Source of the DNA: Bacilli bacterium
Lineage (GTDB): Bacteria > Bacillota_I > Bacilli_A > RFN20 > CAG-826
DNA length: 24,000 bases
Direction of reading: 5' to 3'
Assembly: GCA_017940265.1 (NCBI GenBank)
Contig: JAGAYY010000025.1
Span: 182,177-206,176, forward strand
Within the stretch, counting starts at the first letter, position 1; each line of letters begins with the position of its first letter. Both the position numbers and the translations under genes were made by a program. Below the pieces are notes generated by a model. That model was given only the letters and a program-made list of their open reading frames with translations. It was not told the DNA's origin and did no database searches. This document shows, piece by piece, positions 1-7,886 of this stretch.

Positions 1-732
1 GAAGATGAGTATACCTCAATTGAATTTATCATAGAATTAGAAAAGAAGATGTATTATTATCAAAATGTCTTCTATGGTAACATCCTTTTCTCCGAATCTC
101 TAAAAACAGAAGATGGATTTGTGTTTATGAGAGATCAAGAGAATCCAGAATTTATAGTTTCGGAAGGACTTAAAAAACAAAGATTCTATGATAGCTACAT
201 AAGATCAGTAGGTAATTTTAGAACAATAGTTGGTACTTTATTTACTGAAGAAGGCGCTAAAATATTAAAAGACCTACAAGGAACTATAGTTGATGTTGAT
301 AAACCATTAATAGACTCTTTCGGTAGATTTGTTGGAAATGATCTATCTTATTATATTGAAGAGTATAATAGATTATTTGAGATAGATACCAAAAGCCTAT
401 TACTTAAGATGATGGAATCTTTTGGCTTTGATGAATATACTGGAATAACTAAAGATAATAGCTATTTAATAAAAGATGGAAAATATAAAATGGAGATGGG
501 ACTGGTTGGGACAGGACTAAAAAATCTAATTAGAATATTTCCTCTTTTATATGTAGCCAGAAAAGATGGTAGACTCATTGTTATTAAAGATTTAGATAAT
601 GGCCTACACGTCAAATTAACCCAGGCTCTATTAGATTGGTTTAATAAAGGAAAAGGAAGATTAGTAACACGTCTTGGAAATTATGAAGACTATAGAGGAA
701 TTACTAATGGAAAGCACCTGGGTACAAATTGA
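1..732 (+). CDS. hypothetical protein, 5' partial; weak resemblance to the C-terminal part of AAA_21/ABC-type ATPases
   Basis: Frame 1 is open from nt 1 (EDEYTSIEFIIELEKK precedes the M at 49). The segment GLVGTGLKNLIRIF...RLIVIKDLDNGLH loosely resembles an ABC signature plus Walker B/D-loop (hhhhDExxGLH). It is degenerate and no H-loop follows. Confidence 0.5.
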   Translation, partial: EDEYTSIEFIIELEKKMYYYQNVFYGNILFSESLKTEDGFVFMRDQENPEFIVSEGLKKQRFYDSYIRSVGNFRTIVGTLFTEEGAKILKDLQGTIVDVDKPLIDSFGRFVGNDLSYYIEEYNRLFEIDTKSLLLKMMESFGFDEYTGITKDNSYLIKDGKYKMEMGLVGTGLKNLIRIFPLLYVARKDGRLIVIKDLDNGLHVKLTQALLDWFNKGKGRLVTRLGNYEDYRGITNGKHLGTN

Positions 733-1003
733 TACCAGAACTTATAGAATAACCGCATCACAAGAACCATATATACTACCAGAAGGAGAAAATCCAGGAG
801 AAAATAACATCCTTCAATTATCAGAGGTCCACAATTTTATTGAGAACCTTAAACAACGTAGTAATGGTCCAATCCTAAATTCTCCAAGACATCCAGGTTG
901 GGGTTTGAAATATATAAATCTAATACGATCTGGACAAACTGAATTTAGAGTATTTGATCGAAACTTTCAACCCATCGATTTAAATAAAGAAAAAGAAGAA
1001 TAG
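683..1003 (+). CDS. hypothetical protein (start ambiguous: TTG 674, ATG 683 or ATG 707)
   Basis: ORF track 674..1003. It overlaps the end of the previous ORF in another frame and is followed by a terminator hairpin. Confidence 0.5.
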   Translation: MKTIEELLMESTWVQIDTRTYRITASQEPYILPEGENPGENNILQLSEVHNFIENLKQRSNGPILNSPRHPGWGLKYINLIRSGQTEFRVFDRNFQPIDLNKEKEE

Positions 1004-1029
1004 AGAATAAACTCTATTCTTTTATTTTT
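1004..1029 (+). terminator. rho-independent terminator
   Basis: Stem agaata (1004-1009) / tattct (1015-1020), loop aactc, then tttattttt. Sits between convergent genes. Confidence 0.55.
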
Positions 1030-1033
1030 CTAA

Positions 1034-1411
1034 TTAACCATTTTCCAAAATTTTTCCATATACTTTGACTATTATCTCATTTTCTTTCTTACCCACAGAT
1101 TCTTGATGCTTGTCTAGTTCTTCGGTAGATCTCCAGTTATAAGGATTTCCATTCCAATATTTCTTGCCTGGACCTGTGTAACTAAGTTCATAGGTTAAAC
1201 CACGATCGGAATCATGAACAGAGAATCTATGTATCATTTCAGTCGGATCCCAGTCATATATAGGTTTCCATCTACGATCCGATTTATACATGTAATACCC
1301 TTTCTTCGCATCATACTTTATTTTTGGGCGTATATGTTTTCTAGCCCAAGTTTTCCACGTCCACCCTAAGCCCAACAATCCGAGGCAGATACTATAGAAC
1401 CATAATCCCAT
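1034..1411 (-). CDS. hypothetical membrane-anchored protein
   Basis: ORF track. N-terminal hydrophobic helix MGLWFYSICLGLLGLGWTW, then a basic stretch. Confidence 0.65.
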   Translation of the reverse strand: MGLWFYSICLGLLGLGWTWKTWARKHIRPKIKYDAKKGYYMYKSDRRWKPIYDWDPTEMIHRFSVHDSDRGLTYELSYTGPGKKYWNGNPYNWRSTEELDKHQESVGKKENEIIVKVYGKILENG

Positions 1412-1884
1412 AATTTATCAATAATTTTATCTTTTGTAACTAAGTTAGTTTCATTAATAGCACTAAGGAAGAATAGGAGATCTCGTTTTCTAATTTCTTT
1501 AACCTCAGACTCATGATCTCCCCAGTAATTTCCATCATCTTCTTCAATCCTGACAACCGAGAAATCGATTTTCTTTGGATCTATAATTAATCCAAATCCA
1601 GTATCCCCAGAAATTCTAATTAACACAAGATATCTTTTCTTGTTAGTCCACTGTGCCCATGAAGCAAACTCTAGGGTATTATCAGTAGCTAGGTAATTCT
1701 GAATAAACTGTCCTCGTTCTGGCACATCATTCCAAGCCTCATAGAATACACCTGGGTAATCTCCATACACATGATATATCCAGGAAATAACTTCAGAAAC
1801 TAAAATACACTCATCCGAAGAAATATCTACCGAAGCACAACAATTCCCTGGTCCCCAACTAGAATGAAAAGAGTGTATCGTCAT
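1366..1884 (-). CDS. hypothetical protein
   Basis: ORF track. 4-nt ATGA-type overlap with the upstream gene (1881-1884). Confidence 0.7.
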   Translation of the reverse strand: MTIHSFHSSWGPGNCCASVDISSDECILVSEVISWIYHVYGDYPGVFYEAWNDVPERGQFIQNYLATDNTLEFASWAQWTNKKRYLVLIRISGDTGFGLIIDPKKIDFSVVRIEEDDGNYWGDHESEVKEIRKRDLLFFLSAINETNLVTKDKIIDKLWDYGSIVSASDCWA

Positions 1885-2525
1885 TTAGCCACATAGGATC
1901 TAGTTTCGGGTATATAAACGTTAGTAATTCCATTCCACTCTAAGGCAGGCGAATAGCTTGGGTAATCATTTCCTTTCGCAACATCATTAAAGATATTGAG
2001 AGGTCGTAGGTTATCTAAATTAGGAGGAAGGGAGGGATTAATAATATCAACTACCCAACCATATTCGTTTTTCTGGGCAAATAGGTCTTTTCTAATTATA
2101 GCACCAGCTCTATCTAACCTAAACATCTCCGAACTTATTCCCTCAACTGGTTTAGCCTTTTCCCACATTAAGTCAATTGTTTCTTGTGGTAGACCCTTAG
2201 AAAACTTAAGATCTGAAGCTTTTCCATCCATACAAAAAATAAGATGATTCATAGTACTGAGCGACATTTTATCGGGATATTCTTTGGATATTTTAACTCC
2301 CAGAACTTTGAAAATAGTGTTAAGCTCTGATACCTTGGAAATTCTGGCCAACCCTATCTTCCCTGCCGGACTACGATGATATCCAGAAAGAAGTTTAGTT
2401 TCGGTGTTCCAAGAAAAGGCTGAGAAAAACTCCGAGCCGCCTAAGTCACCATCACTCCAATCCATTGCTTCACCGTTCGGCAACCATCCGTACTTTTCTA
2501 AATATTTTTTACTTAATTCTAACAT
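1881..2525 (-). CDS. hypothetical protein with degenerate HNH-like C-terminal domain
   Basis: C-terminus FRLDRAGAIIRKDLFAQKNEYGWVVDIINPSLPPNLDNLRPLNIFNDVAKGNDYPSY follows the layout of the small HNH family (...GW.vDHI.P.s.GG....NL.PL....N..Kg..yP). It has I in place of the catalytic His and PP in place of GG. The CCTTAT motif abuts the ATG. Confidence 0.7.
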   Translation of the reverse strand: MLELSKKYLEKYGWLPNGEAMDWSDGDLGGSEFFSAFSWNTETKLLSGYHRSPAGKIGLARISKVSELNTIFKVLGVKISKEYPDKMSLSTMNHLIFCMDGKASDLKFSKGLPQETIDLMWEKAKPVEGISSEMFRLDRAGAIIRKDLFAQKNEYGWVVDIINPSLPPNLDNLRPLNIFNDVAKGNDYPSYSPALEWNGITNVYIPETRSYVAK

Positions 2526-2538
2526 AACATATATAAGG
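2526..2538 (-). promoter_or_regulatory. CCTTAT-box (candidate promoter) abutting start codon
   Basis: Minus-sense CCTTATATATGTT, immediately followed by the ATG of 1881..2525. Confidence 0.5.
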
Positions 2539-2634
2539 CAGTTGAGAGCTTCTGACTGTGAATATCCACCAAGTTAGTTTTATCTTTTGTAGATTAGAAT
2601 ATCGGAGATTTTTATAAGGACAAAAGAAAATTTA

Positions 2635-2812
2635 TCTTGGGTCGCCCACCTAGCCCCTCCTCACTTCGTTCGTCGTTGCCCGACCCAAGACTCTGTTCAG
2701 GAGACCTGAACAAGAGGATATCATTATCTCTCCTGAGGTTTTAACCGAAGGGAGAGACATAATCAGGGGACCTCTAAGGGACCCTGATATGATTATTAAA
2801 AGTAGTGAGGGC
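2635..2812. other. GC-enriched multi-hairpin element (candidate ncRNA or origin-associated structure)
   Basis: Perfect 10-bp helix tcttgggtcg (2635-2644) / cgacccaaga (2681-2690) around a C-rich 36-nt loop. Further hairpins at 2691-2716, 2724-2762 and 2762-2788. Possible long-range pairing cctcact (2659-2665) / agtgagg (2804-2810). My hand count is about 50% G+C over 2641-2820, in an otherwise AT-rich window. No ORF. Confidence 0.45.
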
Positions 2813-2878
2813 TTGTCCCGAACGTTAATTATATAATAAAAGGATAGTATTTTAACATTTTTTTTCTTCCGACATTTC

Positions 2879-2911
2879 TATATAGAGTCTACAAGATTTT
2901 GGTCTAAAATT
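2879..2911 (+). repeat. 33-bp direct repeat copy 1 (iteron or tandem promoter)
   Basis: tatatagAgtctacaagattttggtctaaaatt; 32/33 identical to 2954-2986. Confidence 0.8.
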
Positions 2912-2953
2912 GTTAAACTTTAGACTTCATCATTATTTTTGTCATTTTTATTT

Positions 2954-2986
2954 TATATAGGGTCTACAAGATTTTGGTCTAAAATT
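2954..2986 (+). repeat. 33-bp direct repeat copy 2 (iteron or tandem promoter)
   Basis: tatatagGgtctacaagattttggtctaaaatt, 75 bp downstream of copy 1. It begins with a TATATAG core resembling the CCTTATATAT box. Confidence 0.8.
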
Positions 2987-3036
2987 AATGAAATGCTCTT
3001 CTGAAGGTCTGAATACCTTAAGGATGAGATAAGAAG

Positions 3037-3062
3037 AAACTCTCAACTGCAAGAGTTTTTAG
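3037..3062 (+). terminator. weak terminator-like or attenuator hairpin in the helicase 5' leader
   Basis: aaactct (3037-3043) / agagttt (3052-3058), loop caactgca, then a T-run. The stem is AU-rich, so confidence is low. Confidence 0.3.
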
Positions 3063-3088
3063 TTAATATAAAAATGAAATAAATAATT

Positions 3089-5137
3089 ATGAATAAGCAA
3101 AGCTTGATTGTACCAAAAAGAATAAGGTACATTAGTGATTGGAAAGGATATAGTTTGAGAGATTATACCTTTCCTCATATTTTAAACAAAACCCTCACAG
3201 GATGTGGTTTCACTGAATATTGTATCAGAAATGATCAAAATCTAGTATTGGTATCTCCCCGTAGATTTCTCTTAGAGAATAAGGAAGATCAACATCAAGG
3301 GGAGATTTTCTATGCTAGAAATGATACAGAATCTCAGATCAATTTTGAGGTGGACGTATTATCAACATCTAAAGACAATTCCACCAAGAAAACTCCGACT
3401 GATCCTTCTATAATAGCTAAGGGAATTTTAGAGTTTAAGCATAGGGTTTTTGAATATTGTACTAGTTGTGCAATTAGGAAAAAACCATTCAAGATATTAG
3501 TTACCTATGATTCTTTCCGTCATGTCAAAGAAGTATTAGCTGAGATGGGAATCTTAATGGAAACTCAGATTGTAGTAGACGAATTCCAATCGATTTTCAT
3601 TGATTCACGCTTCAAATCTCATACAGAACTTGAACTTGTTAATCAACTTTTAGGCCTTAATAGAGTGTGTTTTGTCTCAGCCACTCCAATGTTAGATGAA
3701 TACTTAGATCGACTAGATGAATTCAAAAATCTACCGTACCTGGAATTAGATTGGAAGACAGAAGAGCCAGGGAGAGTAAAATCTCCTAGACTTGAAGTTA
3801 AATTTACTGTTAGAAGTCTTAATGAGGAAATTACTCACGTTATTCAATCTTACCTTAAGGGAAATTATGATATGAGGATGTTTCAAAATGAAGACGGTAC
3901 TTATCATGAGGTTGTTTCTAATCAAGGCGTATTCTTCATGAATTCAGTGAAAGGAATTTGTCAGGCTATTCGGAGTAATTTATTGACTATAGATCAATGT
4001 AATATTCTATGTGCTAAGACTGACGAAAATGAAAAGAAAATTAGAGCAGCATTTAATGAAGTTCTAAAACGAAAAGAACTTCCTAAGTTAGATAAGGTAA
4101 CGTATCCAAGAGTTATAGGCAGAATACCTAAGAAAGGTGAGCCCCATAAGATGTTTACTTTTTGTACAAGAACAGTTTATCTTGGAGCTGACTTTTATTC
4201 AACCTGTGCTAGGACTTTCATCTTCAGTGATAGTAATATAGACTGTTTAAGTGTTGATATTTCGATGGACCTAGAACAAATTCTAGGTCGTCAGAGATTA
4301 GATGAAAATCCATGGAAAGATTCTGCTTCACTATTTGTTAAAACTACGTCATTAAAAAATCGATTAACTAAGGAAGATTTTGATAGACAACTTGATAAAA
4401 AGATATTAAATAGTCAAGATCTCTTAGATATATACAGAGATGCTGACCCTACCAAGAGGCATACGTTAGCTAAAGCATATCAGGATAGAGCAAAGATGAT
4501 GAGTTATAAAGATGATTATGTTGCCGTTAATCATCATGCTGGATCCGATCTTCTGCCTGTATTCAATAACCTAATGTTAGTCTCCGAACAACGTGCTTTT
4601 GATGTTCAGCAAATCGATTATAAAAATAGATTTACTGTTTTTAACACTCTACAGGAAAATGAGATGATAGGAGTTAGAGATGAAGTTTATGAATTTGCTG
4701 AAAGGTTTAATCAGATCAAAGATACTACCACTAAACTTAGACTTCTTGTTGAATTTAGTGAAGCAGAAGGAATTAAGTTTGGAGATATGTTAAGGCTGTT
4801 TGAGCTTATTCCTCCCAAGTATAAAGACTACTACGTTATTATTGGTCCATCTAGAATTAGAACCCTATCTTACAAAGAATCTGAAATCAAACAAGAATGG
4901 AATAGGGTTTCCAGAAATAGTAAATCTATCGAAGGTGTTATTTCTAAGGTAAAGGAAACATTCAAGGTAGGTGAACGATATACTAAAGCTTGGATCAAGG
5001 AGAAGCTAAGAGAAATCTACACGGAGGAAGATTATCAGAAATCCCCTAAGGCAAATGATCTATCTGAATGGTTTGATATTAAATCAATAACAACAAAAGA
5101 TAGACAAAATGGATTTGAAATTATTAAAGAAAAATGA
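3089..5137 (+). CDS. superfamily 2 helicase (DExH-like) with atypical Walker A
   Basis: Motif I-like LTGCGFTE, motif II VVDEFQS, motif III FVSATP, motif V-like VYLGADF, motif VI QILGRQR. Confidence 0.8.
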   Translation: MNKQSLIVPKRIRYISDWKGYSLRDYTFPHILNKTLTGCGFTEYCIRNDQNLVLVSPRRFLLENKEDQHQGEIFYARNDTESQINFEVDVLSTSKDNSTKKTPTDPSIIAKGILEFKHRVFEYCTSCAIRKKPFKILVTYDSFRHVKEVLAEMGILMETQIVVDEFQSIFIDSRFKSHTELELVNQLLGLNRVCFVSATPMLDEYLDRLDEFKNLPYLELDWKTEEPGRVKSPRLEVKFTVRSLNEEITHVIQSYLKGNYDMRMFQNEDGTYHEVVSNQGVFFMNSVKGICQAIRSNLLTIDQCNILCAKTDENEKKIRAAFNEVLKRKELPKLDKVTYPRVIGRIPKKGEPHKMFTFCTRTVYLGADFYSTCARTFIFSDSNIDCLSVDISMDLEQILGRQRLDENPWKDSASLFVKTTSLKNRLTKEDFDRQLDKKILNSQDLLDIYRDADPTKRHTLAKAYQDRAKMMSYKDDYVAVNHHAGSDLLPVFNNLMLVSEQRAFDVQQIDYKNRFTVFNTLQENEMIGVRDEVYEFAERFNQIKDTTTKLRLLVEFSEAEGIKFGDMLRLFELIPPKYKDYYVIIGPSRIRTLSYKESEIKQEWNRVSRNSKSIEGVISKVKETFKVGERYTKAWIKEKLREIYTEEDYQKSPKANDLSEWFDIKSITTKDRQNGFEIIKEK

Positions 5138-5161
5138 ACTCAGAGTAAAGTGAGGAAAGAG

Positions 5162-5194
5162 GATAGGAACAATTAAGTTTCCTATCTTTCTTTT
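5162..5194 (+). terminator. rho-independent terminator
   Basis: gataggaa (5162-5169) / ttcctatc (5179-5186), then tttctttt. Confidence 0.6.
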
Positions 5195-5206
5195 CCTTAT
5201 TTATAT
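5195..5206 (+). promoter_or_regulatory. CCTTAT-box abutting start codon
   Basis: CCTTATTTATAT, directly followed by ATG 5207. Confidence 0.45.
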
Positions 5207-6241
5207 ATGAGAAAAGATAAACCAGATAGAAAAGAGCATAAGAATTCTGTTTGGTGTAGGGGAAGTGGACGTAGTAAGATGCTATTTGAATCGGAGTCTA
5301 AGGCAAATAATTTTATAAAGTTTAATGCAAAAACTATTCTAGAAGAGAGTGGTATGGCTCCGACTCGTGCTTATTATTGTCAATTTTGTTGTGGTTGGCA
5401 TGTTACTAAGCGTCCGGAGGAGTCCAAGGAATACTGTGATGCTAGAGATTTAGAAAAGCTACAGAGAGTATTAGGACTAGGACCTTCACCCAAACCAGAC
5501 ATAAAGAAAACCCTAACTGAACTACTTACTTCTTTGGAGATTGATAGTGTTAGGGTTCTTTTAAAAGATGAAGAAAGAAACCCAGACCATGATATTCAGG
5601 AGACCTTAAGGTGGCTGAACGGTGAAGAACATGATGTCTGGAGATATAAGGCTATTCAGGACGCACTTTCAAATCAAGTAGTATGGATTAAAACTTCGGG
5701 TTTATTGAAAGAAGCTGAGGATGGATTGGCAGAGATGAATGTACAAAAGACTGAGTCCTCTTTAAAAGAAGCTCGGAGATTATTTGGTCAATTCCGAGGT
5801 AGTGGATCTGTTTCTTTAGTTAAGGAATTTTCTGAGAGAGCTAAAGAGATCGATCTTGAATTAGCAGAGTTAGTCCCTATTAATGATATATGGGAATTAG
5901 TCGATGGGAAGTCTATATTAGAATATCAGGAACTACAACAAACGATCAACAATATTCTTAAGTTTTTAGCTTCTTGGGATGAACCCTCCGAAGAACCTGG
6001 CAAAGCTATAAAGAATTGTGGGAAAAGATTAATAGGTAGAGACGGGAACTCTGATATTTTAGACCGCTTCAAGTCTCTGATCCTTAAGGAAAACAAACTC
6101 CCTAAGGCTGCTCTCCTTCTTATTGCATGGAAGTGTAGTCGTGGAAAAGAACTAAGAATAGAGTATAAACGTAGAGCTTGGGTAGTGATAGATAAAGATC
6201 AAAGCCCAGATGGAATTTATGGAAGGTTACATTTAGTATGA
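5207..6241 (+). CDS. hypothetical protein with N-terminal Cys-rich zinc-ribbon-like motif
   Basis: N-terminus has C17 ... YYCQFCCGWHVTKRP (CxxCCxWH). The rest is predicted helical and acidic. Confidence 0.75.
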   Translation: MRKDKPDRKEHKNSVWCRGSGRSKMLFESESKANNFIKFNAKTILEESGMAPTRAYYCQFCCGWHVTKRPEESKEYCDARDLEKLQRVLGLGPSPKPDIKKTLTELLTSLEIDSVRVLLKDEERNPDHDIQETLRWLNGEEHDVWRYKAIQDALSNQVVWIKTSGLLKEAEDGLAEMNVQKTESSLKEARRLFGQFRGSGSVSLVKEFSERAKEIDLELAELVPINDIWELVDGKSILEYQELQQTINNILKFLASWDEPSEEPGKAIKNCGKRLIGRDGNSDILDRFKSLILKENKLPKAALLLIAWKCSRGKELRIEYKRRAWVVIDKDQSPDGIYGRLHLV

Positions 6242-6867
6242 AATTTACAGAATACAAGAGAACAAACCTAGGAGAGTTAATTATTGCTGCCGAAGATTAT
6301 TACAATAACCATTCTGATAATCGAGTTATTGTTTGTTTTGAAAGGGGTGAAGATTGTGGATGTAGGTGGTTCTTGAATAAGCAGAAAACAGGTCATTGGC
6401 GAACTTTCTTAGATGATCCATATGTTATTAAATCTGTCAAGAAGATGGGGAAAACTATGGAAGAATTTATTGCGGAGAAAGAAGCCGAAGAGAAACCAGA
6501 TCCATCTATTATTGGCGGTTTTCAAAGAATATATCCTGCGCATGATGACTTCCCAGCTGATTATGGAAATTATAGTATTAAAAATCTGACAGAGGCATTT
6601 ATTACTCATTTCTTAGATGCAGCTAAGGATTGGGTTATATTTGGTCAGACTCCATTATGGTTCGTGACTCTGGAAGATTATAAGGAATGGAAAGATTCTG
6701 ATTATGGAAAGAACTATGATCCTATTAAACATCTCAGGAATCTTTCAGTTCGTTGGGGATACATGACAGAGGAACAATGGAAACAAGATATTAATGAATG
6801 GAAGAAAGGACAGAATCAACATTACTATACTGTTCCTGATGATCCGTCTATGAGTTGGAAATACTAA
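6238..6867 (+). CDS. hypothetical protein
   Basis: ORF track. 4-nt overlap (ATGA) with the upstream gene. Confidence 0.75.
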   Translation: MKFTEYKRTNLGELIIAAEDYYNNHSDNRVIVCFERGEDCGCRWFLNKQKTGHWRTFLDDPYVIKSVKKMGKTMEEFIAEKEAEEKPDPSIIGGFQRIYPAHDDFPADYGNYSIKNLTEAFITHFLDAAKDWVIFGQTPLWFVTLEDYKEWKDSDYGKNYDPIKHLRNLSVRWGYMTEEQWKQDINEWKKGQNQHYYTVPDDPSMSWKY

Positions 6868-6870
6868 TTA

Positions 6871-6880
6871 CCTTATATGT
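6871..6880 (+). promoter_or_regulatory. CCTTAT-box
   Basis: CCTTATATGT, 14 nt upstream of ATG 6895, with an A-rich leader. Confidence 0.4.
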
Positions 6881-6894
6881 AAAAAGAAAAATTT

Positions 6895-7860
6895 ATGTGT
6901 TTATTTATTGACAAGAAAGATTGGTTTGTAGCTAAGAAAGATATTACATGCTACAAAGTCCTGGAAGGTAATGAGAAGGATGGATATCGTACTCCGTGTC
7001 AGGGTTGGCCAGTAAAACCAGGAACTACTCTTATCCCTGATGAATCAAGCCCCGTCATTGAGGAGAATGGATTTAAGTATGAATTAGGGGCAGGAGTTAT
7101 TCACGCTTATACTGGAATAGTCGAGGTTTCTGGCTCTCATATCTTCAAGGCTATAATCCCTGAAGGTACTAAGTTCTGGATACAATCTGACTTAACCGAA
7201 GTAGCAGCCGAGAAATTAATCCTGACCACTGAAGAATTAACCTCGGGAAAATGCCTGCCTGATTTAAAAGACCACCTAACACCGAAACTTAAGGTCTATA
7301 CTTCGGCAGGAGAAATAACCGAGGTAGGAAAAATCAGTGGTAGCGATATTCTTGGGGTTGTAACTTCTGGTGGTAAGATTGTTGGGGTGGAAGTTAGTGA
7401 GAGAATGTATTTTTCTGAATCTAACCCCAAGTATAGTGGGAAAACCTATGATAAACCATTCGAAGATATGGATGGCCTAGGAAACTGTGCCGAGATCAAG
7501 GAGAAAAGTACTGGAAAATTACTGGCTATTGAATGGGCTAAGTCGAAAGGCGGATATCTTCCATCATCCGGAGAACTTAAGGAAGCATTTATGGAGTTAT
7601 TTGAAATTAACTCAGTTTTAGTGATGGTCGGGAAGAAACCTATTATGTCAGATCGTTATTTCTGGACTTCTTCGATGAAGAGTTCTGAATCTATATGGAT
7701 CTGTAGCAGTAGTGGCGGTTACTATTGGGACAACTGGTGCTACTGCAGTTGGAACACCGCGGCTGTGTTCTTCCTTTCTTATCCAGCTCTCTTGAAAAAT
7801 AAGATGCAGGAGAAAGGAGCGAAATCATTGAATGATGGAGCGAAAAAGTTGACCGCCTGA
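6895..7860 (+). CDS. hypothetical protein with DUF1566-like C-terminal region
   Basis: GYLPSSGELKEAFMELF...DRYFWTSS...GGYYWDNW resembles the DUF1566/Lcl-C pattern (W.LPt..EL..l....YWSSt). Confidence 0.7.
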   Translation: MCLFIDKKDWFVAKKDITCYKVLEGNEKDGYRTPCQGWPVKPGTTLIPDESSPVIEENGFKYELGAGVIHAYTGIVEVSGSHIFKAIIPEGTKFWIQSDLTEVAAEKLILTTEELTSGKCLPDLKDHLTPKLKVYTSAGEITEVGKISGSDILGVVTSGGKIVGVEVSERMYFSESNPKYSGKTYDKPFEDMDGLGNCAEIKEKSTGKLLAIEWAKSKGGYLPSSGELKEAFMELFEINSVLVMVGKKPIMSDRYFWTSSMKSSESIWICSSSGGYYWDNWCYCSWNTAAVFFLSYPALLKNKMQEKGAKSLNDGAKKLTA

Positions 7861-7873
7861 GAAAGGCTGAAAA

Positions 7874-7886
7874 CCTTATATATGTA
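7874..7886 (+). promoter_or_regulatory. CCTTAT-box with no ORF behind it
   Basis: CCTTATATATGTA. No usable start codon follows (ATG-TAA). It precedes the ORF-free structured region. Confidence 0.4.

Noticed and set aside
49-1003. 49..732 and 674..1003 as one frameshifted AAA_21-type ATPase (RITASQEPYIL resembling the TTHSPxIL H-loop)
   Set aside because: The resemblance is short and the spacing from the Walker B-like IKDLDNGLH is too long. The N-terminal half of the protein is outside the window. This is kept only as a weak note in the feature call.
1996-2247. Antisense shadow ORFs: 1996..2247, 6409..6609, 8745..8936, 9480..9674, 10544..10813, 11399..11587, 11475..11666, 15437..15688, 22090..22344, 23327..23527, 23760..23972
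   Set aside because: Each lies wholly inside a longer, motif-supported gene on the opposite strand. Each peptide is low-complexity or hydrophobic, as is typical of antisense frames in AT-rich DNA.
2639-2716. HDV-like ribozyme fold (GGGUCG/CGACCC as P1, CCUCCUCAC resembling the HDV L3)
   Set aside because: No P3 can be formed next to the P1 3' strand. The helix also extends to 10 bp into what should be J1/4, so the nested double pseudoknot cannot be drawn.
2879-2986. Possible CRISPR mini-array (two 33-bp direct repeats)
   Set aside because: There are only two copies and the 42-bp spacer is AT-rich. No cas genes are present and the repeat lacks palindromic repeat structure. Iterons or tandem promoters are the better explanation.
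6836-6842. Other CUGAUGA heptamers (also at 7037-7043 and 10995-11001) as additional hammerhead cores
   Set aside because: All lie inside coding sequence. None has a stem II followed directly by GAAA, or a suitable stem I/III and cleavage triplet.
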